NCBI GenBank assembly: GCA_001789395.1
Contig: MFZK01000022.1
Span: forward strand, 6,921-70,920
Direction of reading: 5' to 3'
DNA from: Candidatus Roizmanbacteria bacterium RIFCSPHIGHO2_02_FULL_37_13b
GTDB lineage: Bacteria > Patescibacteriota > Microgenomatia > UBA1406 > HO2-37-13b
Length of the DNA: 64,000 nucleotides
In this document: piece after piece, positions 19,948-28,323 of the stretch
How positions within the stretch are numbered: position 1 is the first letter of the stretch
How the letters are laid out: the number at the start of each line of letters is the position of its first letter
Notes under the pieces: generated by a model
What the model saw: only the letters and a program-made list of their open reading frames with translations
What the model was told of the DNA's origin: nothing
Databases searched by the model: none
Position numbers and translations under genes: made by a program

Positions 19948-20388
19948 TTACTTTTTACCGAATAAACTACCGATCCATGCCCAGAATCCACTCTTCCTTA
20001 CAACCGGAACAGATCGTTGCTCGTTTATTTGTGTTGGGATAGGTGTATTTGATGGTTGGAGCGTTGGAGACGGAATCATCGTGGGAGTTGGAGTTCTGGT
20101 CGGTTTAATAGTAGGCTTCCGTGTAGGGATAATGGGTCGTCGTGTTGGATACGGAGTAGGTTGCTCAACTACCGGTTGTTCTTGAACTTGCTGAGCCGGT
20201 TGCTCTACTGGCGCACTTCCTCCTCCATGACAATGTCGTTCATCCCATGGCACGCCCCACTTATCACAATTTGTTCGACAATAATGACAACCGTCTGCTG
20301 CGGTATTGCCGGGATGGGCTGATACTGATTGTGATGAAACAAGGAAAAGGACAAGTAAGAGTGCGATTAATAATTTATGTTGTTTCAT
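19948..20388 (-). CDS. secreted YHYH-domain-like protein with Pro/Thr-rich linker
   Basis: Signal peptide MKQHKLLIALLLVLFLVSSQSVSA, then HPGNTAADGCHYCRTNCDKWGVPWDERHCH (resembles the YHYH family), then a PT-rich repeat region. Confidence 0.55.
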   Translation of the reverse strand: MKQHKLLIALLLVLFLVSSQSVSAHPGNTAADGCHYCRTNCDKWGVPWDERHCHGGGSAPVEQPAQQVQEQPVVEQPTPYPTRRPIIPTRKPTIKPTRTPTPTMIPSPTLQPSNTPIPTQINEQRSVPVVRKSGFWAWIGSLFGKK

Positions 20389-20487
20389 AGTGATTGCTAT
20401 TATACTCTATATTCTAATTTGTGATGATTATAGTCATCATTTTTATTGCTCATTACTTATGATTTTATAAACCTATAAAATAACTGA

Positions 20488-20853
20488 TTATTTATTCTGG
20501 TTGAGTGATGAAGTCTCTTTGACGAGTCTTTGTAGTTCCGCTTCAAGCTCTATCTTCTCATCATTAAGCACTTTTAATTTCGCTTGCTCGGTATTAAGAT
20601 CGCACCGGTCAAGATGAAGCATGCATTCCTTGGTAATGATGTAGGCAGAAGAACAATTTGTAGTCAGTTTATTTGATACCTCAATATTTGCAACACAGTT
20701 AGACATAACAGCACGTCCTTTTAGCATATAGGCTTCGTGTTGCTGTTTGAGGTTGAAGGTGTGCCAGATCAGCACAAGAGATAAAATCGTTGCTAGTCCT
20801 GCCCAGAGTAGTGTTATGTGGCTTCTTAAATTGAGCTTCTTCAGATTTACCAT
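20488..20853 (-). CDS. membrane-anchored coiled-coil hypothetical protein
   Basis: A 121-aa protein with one TM segment (ITLLWAGLATILSLVLIW) and a C-terminal heptad-like segment. Confidence 0.4.
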   Translation of the reverse strand: MVNLKKLNLRSHITLLWAGLATILSLVLIWHTFNLKQQHEAYMLKGRAVMSNCVANIEVSNKLTTNCSSAYIITKECMLHLDRCDLNTEQAKLKVLNDEKIELEAELQRLVKETSSLNQNK

Positions 20854-21110
20854 ACAAGACCCTCCTTGAGGCAGCTTGCATATTGAAATGAGTCTAGTCC
20901 TAAATAGGGATTATATCGTGCTTGCGATAGTTCTCGGCATCGAAAAAGCACGTTGGGTCGATAAATAAAGATGTAATAGAAAATTGCCAGACATAAAAGA
21001 ATGAAGAGGCCTTTTTTTGTTACGAGTTTATCCATATCGTCCCGATTATACATGTGGGCACAAATGAATACAAGGAGTATGTTGTTACAAGGAGTATTCT
21101 TTTTTACCAT
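20847..21110 (-). CDS. small hypothetical membrane protein
   Basis: An 87-aa ORF. The likely real start is an internal Met (MDKLVTKKGLFILLCLAIFYYIFIY, near 21035). Confidence 0.3.
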   Translation of the reverse strand: MVKKNTPCNNILLVFICAHMYNRDDMDKLVTKKGLFILLCLAIFYYIFIYRPNVLFRCRELSQARYNPYLGLDSFQYASCLKEGLVW

Positions 21111-21112
21111 AA

Positions 21113-21346
21113 GTGCCTATGGGGAAGCCTATCAGTCACAGACATATTCTCAAAGACTTTGGCAAGCAATTACAGCTTGTTCGTAAATCAAAGAATATCT
21201 CGCAAGAAGAACTTGCTCATAAGCTATCAATGCACAGAACGTATGTTGGTATGATCGAGCGAGGAGAGCGAAATCCAACGATCCGTACTTTGTATAAGAT
21301 AGTTCAAGTCTTAAAGATCAAGTCTTCGGAGATCTTGCCGTTCTAA
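21113..21346 (+). CDS. XRE/Cro-C1 family HTH transcriptional regulator
   Basis: LVRKSKNISQEELAHKLSMHRTYVGMIERGERNPTIRTLYKIVQVL is a canonical HTH_3 pattern. The gene is divergent from the island cargo operon. Confidence 0.8.
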   Translation: MPMGKPISHRHILKDFGKQLQLVRKSKNISQEELAHKLSMHRTYVGMIERGERNPTIRTLYKIVQVLKIKSSEILPF

Positions 21347-21574
21347 TATAATGACATAGTCTGTCATGTTATTATATATATGTATATATATCTATATATA
21401 ATATATACGGTAGAGCTTCTACTTAGTCCTTCTTGCCTGTTGTTCTAATAGTGTCTGACAAGAAGATGAAAAAATCTGTGCCGTTGCTCTCTTCTGATGC
21501 TATTCTATCTATAAAATAGATATTCATTGAAGTCGACTTCATACTCTGTAGTTTGTTACAAAGCTCTAAACCCC

Positions 21575-21603
21575 TTGACAGCAACTTGTATTTATGTTAG
21601 ATT
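21575..21603 (+). promoter_or_regulatory. sigma70-like promoter candidate inside island non-coding hub
   Basis: TTGACA (21575-21580), a 17-nt spacer, then TAGATT (21598-21603). Confidence 0.4.
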
Positions 21604-21803
21604 GATTATTAGCAACAACAACTAAACAAACAAACAAACATTTAAGCGAATCTACTAAATAAACAATTTTTAGCAACAAGTCGTTTATTCATCTTAAATG
21701 TCGGCACATACACTGGTTTTTTAACGCAACAACAAGCAGATCTAATTTTGCGTAATAAGACTTTTGGTGTGCCGCAGTAGACGTTATTAATAAAATTACT
21801 ACG

Positions 21804-21829
21804 GGCAGCCAGAAGTGGCTGCCTTTTTT
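21804..21829 (+). terminator. Rho-independent terminator candidate
   Basis: GGCAGCC (21804-21810), loop AGAAGT, GGCTGCC (21817-21823), followed by TTTTTT (21824-21829). Confidence 0.6.
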
Positions 21830-21842
21830 GTTGGCAATAAAT

Positions 21843-22307
21843 ATGAGAATTACTAGCGAGCTACTAAAATTAAAAGCGATCGAGTTTGAAAAAAAGCTCA
21901 ACGGCTTTTGTCGATACGAGAGAAGTCGAATCTTACTTCTGATCAATAAAGACCTATCGGATGAAGAGTTTGTACTCTACTGCATTTTCGATGATGTCAT
22001 CTCCGACTGGGACAATGGTCACGACAAGTTTGGCTCATTTGAGGTGATACCAGACTTATTTGCAGAGTTTATTGGGTGGACCCCTTCAAAGATCAGAAGA
22101 ATCCTAAAAAGCCTTATTACAAAAGGCTTTATTGCGTTTCTCGGTATGAATATGTACGTCATGGTTGGAGTTGAACTTAAGAAGCACAAGCGGGTAAGAG
22201 ATGTGCCGTTTGATTATTATGCCGAACTAAAAAAGCTCGTTGAAACACACTTGATTAAAAGTTCTACAAATCATAACGATGATGCTAAAAGTAATCCACT
22301 CAACTAA
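21843..22307 (+). CDS. hypothetical protein with winged-helix-like segment
   Basis: The ORF track starts at TTG 21828; the first ATG is at 21843. FIGWTPSKIRRILKSLITKGFIAF resembles a wHTH recognition region. Confidence 0.4.
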   Translation: MRITSELLKLKAIEFEKKLNGFCRYERSRILLLINKDLSDEEFVLYCIFDDVISDWDNGHDKFGSFEVIPDLFAEFIGWTPSKIRRILKSLITKGFIAFLGMNMYVMVGVELKKHKRVRDVPFDYYAELKKLVETHLIKSSTNHNDDAKSNPLN

Positions 22308-22554
22308 TAATTTGCTTCCAAATATAACAAATATGGAAATAAATATAACGATTCGGACTGTTGAGCAAGCTTCCGATGGTCGTAAATCTAAGTATCCTCT
22401 AAGTGGATCTAGGTATCGTACTTCTTCATTAACAAGTTCTCCTGAGGAGTATTTAAAGATCTGGGAAGAGATGGGGAAGCCAGAAAACTTCACACCTGAA
22501 GACATGTATTGGTTGGATATGAATGTTCATGAGGATCCGGGGATTCCAAGTTGA
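22279..22554 (+). CDS. hypothetical protein
   Basis: A 91-aa ORF in the island with no recognisable motifs. The start is uncertain. Confidence 0.3.
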   Translation: MMLKVIHSTNNLLPNITNMEINITIRTVEQASDGRKSKYPLSGSRYRTSSLTSSPEEYLKIWEEMGKPENFTPEDMYWLDMNVHEDPGIPS

Positions 22555-22565
22555 ATGATTAAATT

Positions 22566-22724
22566 ATGATTCCGATCAGCGAGGCGCGCACCATATTAGG
22601 AGAGAAGTATGCACACTTAACCGATAAGGATATTGAGCGTATGGTTGTATTTATCTACAATTTGTGTAAAGATGTTATTCACGTTGTTGTAAGCAGCAAA
22701 TATGAAAAAGGCAATAATTTATTG
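22566..22724 (+). CDS. small ORF (52 aa) overlapping the recombinase start; possible accessory/directionality factor
   Basis: Own translation: MIPISEARTILGEKYAHLTDKDIERMVVFIYNLCKDVIHVVVSSKYEKGNNLL. It is below the ORF-track size cutoff, and only its position supports a role. Confidence 0.2.
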
Positions 22725-24270
22725 TAGGGTTTCGTCTAAACGGCAGGTAGAAGAAGGTCATGGACTGGATGGACAAGAATTAAGATGTAATCAATACGCT
22801 AAAATTCAGGGCTATGAGGTTGTAAAAGTGTTCAAAGAAGAAGGTATTTCGGGTGGGATTATCGACCGACCACAAATTCAAGAACTTCTTGCCTATTTAG
22901 ATAAACATGGAGATGGAGTTATCGTGATAATCGACGACATTAAACGCTTCGCCCGAGATGTTGTTGGGCACTTTAACTTGCGACAGGCAATCTATTCCAG
23001 AGGAGCAACGCTTGAGAGCCCTTCGCATCGCTTTGAAGAAACTCCTGAAGGAAAATTTATTGAAACGATACTTGCTGGAGCAAGTGAACTGGAACGAAAT
23101 CAAAATGCTCGACAGGTAAAAAACAGGATGAAGTCTCGACTTGAGCAGGGGTATTGGTGTTTTCGCTCTCCTCCAAGAGGACTAATCTACACAAAAGTTC
23201 CTATTCATGGCAAACTCCTTGTTTCTGATGAACCACTGACTGCAATCTATAAGGAAACGATCGAAAGATTTGAAAAAGACATGCTTAATACGCCCGAACA
23301 GGCGCGTCAATTTACTCTCTTAAAATATAAAGAGCATAACATCGACAAACCACTATCCATACACGGCATGGAAAGCATTTTAAGCGAACTTCTATACACA
23401 GGGTACATAGAGTACCAACCATGGGGAATACCGCTTCAAAAGGGCAAACATACAGGCTTTATCTCCCTTGAGACACATCACAATGTACTGGCGAAGTTAT
23501 TTGGTAAAAAACGTAAACAAATACGACAAGACTATAATCCCGACTTCCCATTACGAGGGTTTGTATTATGCGATGTTTGCGGAAAACCAATGACGGCTGC
23601 GTGGTGTCAGGGAAGAAGCAATAAGTATCCCAAGTATTGGTGTAAGGACAAGGAGTGCTCGTACGGCTCAAAATCTGTACCTAAAACCACAATAGAGGAT
23701 GATTTTATTGCTTTATTAGATGGGGTCAAACTAGACTCTGTAAAAGCACAACTTATTCTAAGAGTCCTCTCAAAGACATGGGGCGAAGAAAAAGAATCAG
23801 TCTCAATGCTCAAGTTGAATGCTGAACGCAATAAACATGGGCTTAATGAAAAGATAGCAAATCTGTCAAAGATAATAAGCGGTACAAAAGACGACGATCT
23901 ACTCATCGCATACGAAACTCAACTCAAAGAGTTTATTATGCAACGTAAGAGCGTAGCCAATCCAACCCCAATAGAAGAATATACTGAAGAAGAGTTTCGA
24001 ACCGCTTCTGATATGGTTTTTGGGATTTTAGAAGAGCCTGTCAGAGTATGGAAAAACCCACGCTATGAGAATAAAGCAACTATCGTACAAATGTACTTCC
24101 CTAATCGCTTGTCTTATCGAGTAAATGAAGGGTTTCGAACCGTTGAGATAGAGCCTACTATCAAGCTAATCAACTCACTTGACCCTTCAAAAATCCCGTT
24201 TGTGGAGATGCCGGGAGTTGAACCCGGGTCCGAGAAAACACCTGTGATACAAGAGTTTAGTCAGGGTTAG
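22702..24270 (+). CDS. large serine recombinase (resolvase N-domain + recombinase domain + zinc ribbon)
   Basis: MKKAIIYCRVSSKRQ contains the catalytic Ser context, followed by DRPQIQELL...IIDDIKRFARD. Zinc ribbon CDVCGKPM...WCKDKEC. The last 69 nt overlap ssrA in antisense. Confidence 0.9.
   Translation: MKKAIIYCRVSSKRQVEEGHGLDGQELRCNQYAKIQGYEVVKVFKEEGISGGIIDRPQIQELLAYLDKHGDGVIVIIDDIKRFARDVVGHFNLRQAIYSRGATLESPSHRFEETPEGKFIETILAGASELERNQNARQVKNRMKSRLEQGYWCFRSPPRGLIYTKVPIHGKLLVSDEPLTAIYKETIERFEKDMLNTPEQARQFTLLKYKEHNIDKPLSIHGMESILSELLYTGYIEYQPWGIPLQKGKHTGFISLETHHNVLAKLFGKKRKQIRQDYNPDFPLRGFVLCDVCGKPMTAAWCQGRSNKYPKYWCKDKECSYGSKSVPKTTIEDDFIALLDGVKLDSVKAQLILRVLSKTWGEEKESVSMLKLNAERNKHGLNEKIANLSKIISGTKDDDLLIAYETQLKEFIMQRKSVANPTPIEEYTEEEFRTASDMVFGILEEPVRVWKNPRYENKATIVQMYFPNRLSYRVNEGFRTVEIEPTIKLINSLDPSKIPFVEMPGVEPGSEKTPVIQEFSQG
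24202..24221. repeat. att core copy within the intact ssrA 3' end
   Basis: GTGGAGATGCCGGGAGTTGA is identical to 17406-17425. Confidence 0.8.
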
Positions 24271-24597
24271 ATTATTTTAAACTCTATCTCGCCTTGCAAA
24301 ATAACCAAAAGTCAGACAAGAAGCCGATTAAGGCATTGTCGGGTTTTTAAACCAATCGGGAATGTTTAAAAACCGTACCTGCGGTTGGTTATCTCTTATA
24401 TCAAGTTGAACCGCGGAAAACCTGAAAAAGAGCCTTGTTTCTTATTTAGGCAGCGTAAGCATATTGAAATGCCTGGCGGCCATAAAAAGCTCGGATAGCT
24501 TCAGATTCGTCATCTGCATCTATATGTTTTCTAGTTAACGGATAGATCCGCCCCAACCTCTTGTAAAAGTGCATCCCCGTCGACACCGTTCATCCCC
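24203..24597 (-). ncRNA. ssrA: tmRNA (SsrA)
   Basis: Minus-strand 5' end GGGGATGAACGGTGTCGACGGGG. 3' end CCGGGTTCAACTCCCGGCATCTCCA (T-arm plus acceptor with a G3:U pair). An internal tag frame ends ...YAYAA-TAA. The gene lies directly downstream of smpB. Confidence 0.85.
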
Positions 24598-24714
24598 GTT
24601 AGAAACTCTTAACGAGTTATTTTCGAGTTTAGAGTTTCTTACGTCCGCCTAAGCTCGCTCCGCAAGCCGCAGTAGAAATCTACTAAGGCGAGCGGTAAGA
24701 GCGGGCGGACAATA

Positions 24715-25164
24715 TTAATACTTCATCTGCTCTTTCATTTCCCGCTCAATTCTTCTATTCTCATCACGATTCTTCTCGACTTTCTTTTTTTCCCAGGTTT
24801 TTTTACCCTTAGACAGTGCTATTTCTAGCTTAATTAAACTCTTCTTATTATAGCATGCGATAGGCACGATCGTCAAATTGGCGCCGGCTGAAAGTTTGGT
24901 TTTTAAGCGTAATATTTCAGACTTATGAAGCAATAACTTTCTGGTTCTTCTTGAATCATAGCTTTCAGGTCTGGCATATTCATATATAGCAATTTCTGCA
25001 TTTATTAAAAATACTTCTGATCCGACAATCTTAACGTATGAGCCTTCAAACTTAATCCTCCCCTGTCGCACTGTCTTAACTTCAGCCCCGGTTAAAGAAA
25101 TTCCAGCTTCGTATTTTTCGATTATTTCATACTCCCGATTTATATTCCGATTTATCACCTTCAT
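24715..25164 (-). CDS. smpB: SsrA-binding protein
   Basis: EAGISLTGAEVKTVRQG...RRTRKLLLHKSEI...KGKKTWEKKK is a canonical SmpB pattern. Confidence 0.9.
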   Translation of the reverse strand: MKVINRNINREYEIIEKYEAGISLTGAEVKTVRQGRIKFEGSYVKIVGSEVFLINAEIAIYEYARPESYDSRRTRKLLLHKSEILRLKTKLSAGANLTIVPIACYNKKSLIKLEIALSKGKKTWEKKKVEKNRDENRRIEREMKEQMKY

Positions 25165-25222
25165 AGGCTTATTTTATCAAAACGACTTAGCTAAAACGTA
25201 GAGTCAGGTGTAAAATACATCT

Positions 25223-26563
25223 ATGCAAATAATTACTGATTTACAGATTCACTCAAAGTATTCACGGGCGACCTCACCTAGGCAAAATTTACCGGAAATA
25301 TCACTTTGGGCTTCAAAAAAAGGAATTGATGTTATAGCTACTGGCGACTGGACACATCCATTGTGGTTTCGTGAAATTCAATCACAACTAAAAGAAGTCT
25401 CTCCAGGACTTTTCACACTGAAAGAAACCCTACCGGAGCAAAAACGAGATGTCTACTTCTTACTCTCAACTGAAATTTCCAGCATCTATACACAAGGTGG
25501 AGCTACACGACGCGTCCATAATCTTATCTTTTCACCATCGATTGAGACTTCCTCGAAGATAATTAGCCAATTGCAGAAACAAGGATGCAATTTAATGGCA
25601 GATGGCCGACCTATCATTGGACTTTCGTCAATAAATCTACTTGAATTGGTTTTATCTATAGACCCAAACTGTTTATTCATCCCCGCTCATGCCTGGACAC
25701 CCTGGTTCTCGATCTTTGGCTCAAAATCAGGCTTTAATTCAATAAAAGAATGTTTTGGCGAGCTTCATAAACACATCTTTGCGATTGAAAGCGGCTTGTC
25801 TTCTGACCCTGCTATGAACTGGCAAATCGACGAGCTGGACAGCCGATCTATTCTATCATTTTCCGACGCTCATTCCGGACCAAAGCTCGGTCGCGAGGCA
25901 ACGGTTTTTATTCCAACGACAAAACAATCGAACAATGAAATAATTAACTATTCATATAGAGATATTGCCGATGCTATTAAACAAAAAACAGATGGCCTTT
26001 TAAAAATCGCTTATACGATAGAATTTTTTCCCGAGGAAGGAAAATATCACTATACCGGGCATCGTGATTGTGGAATAAAATATTCAACAATAGAAAGTAA
26101 ACAAAAAGGAACAATCTGTCCAAAATGCGGCAAGCAGCTTACGGTTGGAGTAGAAGATCGTGTCACTGAACTGGCAAACAGAACGATTACTCAGGGTGAT
26201 TTATTATTATCCGAAAACAGTCAGGGATTAGTCTTTGTCAGTGATAAAGCAAAGACTCGGAAACCTTTTGTCTCGATAGTACCGCTTTTGGAAATATTGG
26301 CTGAAATTGATGCTTCTCCGACAAAAAATTTAGCCTTGTATGAAAATCTTGTATCAAATTTAGGCAGTGAATTCGATATTCTGCTTAAAAAGCCTCTCAC
26401 AGAAATTGAAAAATACGGTAGCGAAAAATTAAAAAAAGCAATTGAGATTGTAAGAAAAAGACAAGTTAAAATCGATCCGGGATATGATGGAGTATTTGGT
26501 AAGGTTAAAGTCTTTGATGAAAGTACAAAAGAACATGACGAAACCCAGTCAGCGCTATTTTAA
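25223..26563 (+). CDS. endonuclease Q-like PHP-domain protein
   Basis: The DLQIHSKYSRATS N-terminus is PHP-like. An internal zinc ribbon is CPKCGKQLTVGVEDRV. Size and layout match the EndoQ/TIGR00375-type family, from memory. Confidence 0.65.
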   Translation: MQIITDLQIHSKYSRATSPRQNLPEISLWASKKGIDVIATGDWTHPLWFREIQSQLKEVSPGLFTLKETLPEQKRDVYFLLSTEISSIYTQGGATRRVHNLIFSPSIETSSKIISQLQKQGCNLMADGRPIIGLSSINLLELVLSIDPNCLFIPAHAWTPWFSIFGSKSGFNSIKECFGELHKHIFAIESGLSSDPAMNWQIDELDSRSILSFSDAHSGPKLGREATVFIPTTKQSNNEIINYSYRDIADAIKQKTDGLLKIAYTIEFFPEEGKYHYTGHRDCGIKYSTIESKQKGTICPKCGKQLTVGVEDRVTELANRTITQGDLLLSENSQGLVFVSDKAKTRKPFVSIVPLLEILAEIDASPTKNLALYENLVSNLGSEFDILLKKPLTEIEKYGSEKLKKAIEIVRKRQVKIDPGYDGVFGKVKVFDESTKEHDETQSALF

Positions 26564-27788
26564 ATTAATCAACATTAAGAAACTGATTTTGATTATATTT
26601 CTTCTACTATTACCCACCCAATTTGGTAAACACTTTTTTTTTGATTTTTCATATATTAATGGTCTAAAAATTGACTATTTATCTATAATTCTATATACCA
26701 CCGATCTACTTGCCCTAGCTATGTTTATTTTATTCCGCACATTATTAATTGAATTCATAAAAAATAATCAAAAACGAGTCTTGATTATTGTTTTATGTTT
26801 ATTGCTCAATATTGCCGTTACAAAATATCCGATGACAACATTGTATCAATCGCTTAAATTAATCGAATTTGTATTACTCTTTTCCTTATTTAAATCGATC
26901 AATATTAAAGTTCATTGGTGGTATTTGATATTTTTTATTAGTTCTTTATTTGAACTTACTCTCTCAACTTTGCAACTACTTAACCGGTCTTCTCTTCAAG
27001 GATTATTTTACTTTTTTGGTGAACGCTATCTTACTTTATCATCAATTGGTATCGCTAAGTTTTTTATAAATGGTGTTGAACATTTACGCCCTTATGGTAC
27101 ATTTTCACATCCAAATAGCATGGCTGGTTTCTATTTACTTGTGTATTTTTTTCTTCTCTCCCTACCCGTTTCAAATAAAATGGGGTTTAAAGTTAAATTT
27201 ATAAGAAGTATTACTTTAGCTATTTGTTCACTTTTAATTATCATCAGTTTCTCAAAGATAATTTTATTAATGTATATTGTTTTGAATCTCGCTTTTTTTA
27301 TATCGACGAGAAAAGTTGATTGTAAACTGTGTTTTTTTTCACGATTTATCACTATTTTAACGCTGTCGGTAATAGTGTTTAGCGCATCTGTAAATATTGA
27401 ATCGTTAAACAACCGAGTGCTACTCATAAATCACGGTTTGACTATTATGAAAAATCATTTTCTATTTGGTATCGGGCTCGGTAATTATCTTTATTTTGAA
27501 ACGAAGCAACCATCCTTTAGTTCTTTTTTTTCACCCCAACCAATCCACAATGTCTTCTTATTGCTTTTAATTGAACTTGGCGTAATGATAGCTGGATTTT
27601 TTTTATATCTTTCTTTACCTTTTATAGTCAAGATCATTAAAGATAAAAGATATTTGCTTTGTTTGCTTTCAGTTTTAGCAACGGGAATGTTCGACCATTA
27701 TTGGCGCACACTGCAACAAAATTTTATATTACTGGCTATTGTCTTTGGAAGTATCCTTGGAGCAAATAAAAAACTAAAATCTTTTTAA
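26535..27788 (+). CDS. O-antigen ligase (Wzy_C) family membrane protein
   Basis: The ORF track begins at 26484 inside the previous gene; the likely start is ATG 26535 (MTKPSQRYF...). The protein is polytopic, and HNVFLLLLIELGVM resembles the ligase-family motif. Confidence 0.6.
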   Translation: MTKPSQRYFKLINIKKLILIIFLLLLPTQFGKHFFFDFSYINGLKIDYLSIILYTTDLLALAMFILFRTLLIEFIKNNQKRVLIIVLCLLLNIAVTKYPMTTLYQSLKLIEFVLLFSLFKSINIKVHWWYLIFFISSLFELTLSTLQLLNRSSLQGLFYFFGERYLTLSSIGIAKFFINGVEHLRPYGTFSHPNSMAGFYLLVYFFLLSLPVSNKMGFKVKFIRSITLAICSLLIIISFSKIILLMYIVLNLAFFISTRKVDCKLCFFSRFITILTLSVIVFSASVNIESLNNRVLLINHGLTIMKNHFLFGIGLGNYLYFETKQPSFSSFFSPQPIHNVFLLLLIELGVMIAGFFLYLSLPFIVKIIKDKRYLLCLLSVLATGMFDHYWRTLQQNFILLAIVFGSILGANKKLKSF

Positions 27789-28307
27789 TTCGTTTTTTGC
27801 CTTTTTATTAACATTTAATACCTCGCTTAAAAGTGAACGTTCTCCTTGCGGAACATCCTTAAATATAGTTTCTATGACTTCTTGGTGTTTTTCGTTACTT
27901 AATTTTAAAGTTAGAATAAAATCTTGACTGGGAGAAACGCCTTGTTTTTTAGATTGACTTAAAAACGGAAAAATTTTCATAAAATCTTGCTCCCCGTCAT
28001 AAGCTGATTTTGTAGATAATCCCCACTTTCCACTTTGAGAAAAAAGTAATGCGCTGTTAATGTTCTTGTCTGATATCTGAAGTAATAATTCTGCTTTTTT
28101 TACGTAATCGCGAGTTAAAAATAAATTTAATTGATCACGGATTTTTTTTAAAAAGTATAGGGGATGATCTCGCATGATCCCCGGATATTTCAAGTTGTAT
28201 TCTACGTTTTTTTTCCCTTCTATTTGGACTTCCTGAGAATTTACTGAAAGAGCTGGAACCGCGAGGAATAAAAATAATACTATATATATAAAAAGCCTGC
28301 TAATCAT
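27774..28307 (-). CDS. secreted hypothetical protein
   Basis: A 177-aa protein with signal peptide LFIYIVLFLFLAVPALSVNS and a helical body. Confidence 0.4.
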   Translation of the reverse strand: MISRLFIYIVLFLFLAVPALSVNSQEVQIEGKKNVEYNLKYPGIMRDHPLYFLKKIRDQLNLFLTRDYVKKAELLLQISDKNINSALLFSQSGKWGLSTKSAYDGEQDFMKIFPFLSQSKKQGVSPSQDFILTLKLSNEKHQEVIETIFKDVPQGERSLLSEVLNVNKKAKNELKRF

Positions 28308-28323
28308 AGATAAATTATATCAT

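Larger units (their letters stand above)
17406..24221. mobile_element. integrative genomic island inserted in the 3' end of ssrA
   Basis: A 20-bp direct repeat lies at both ends. A large serine recombinase gene abuts the intact tmRNA gene. An XRE regulator is present, and GC content is higher than in the flanks. Confidence 0.7.

Noticed and set aside
21689-21946. Minus-strand 85-aa ORF across the island non-coding hub
   Set aside because: It runs antisense through a plus-strand terminator and promoter-like region. It has no RBS and a low-complexity translation.
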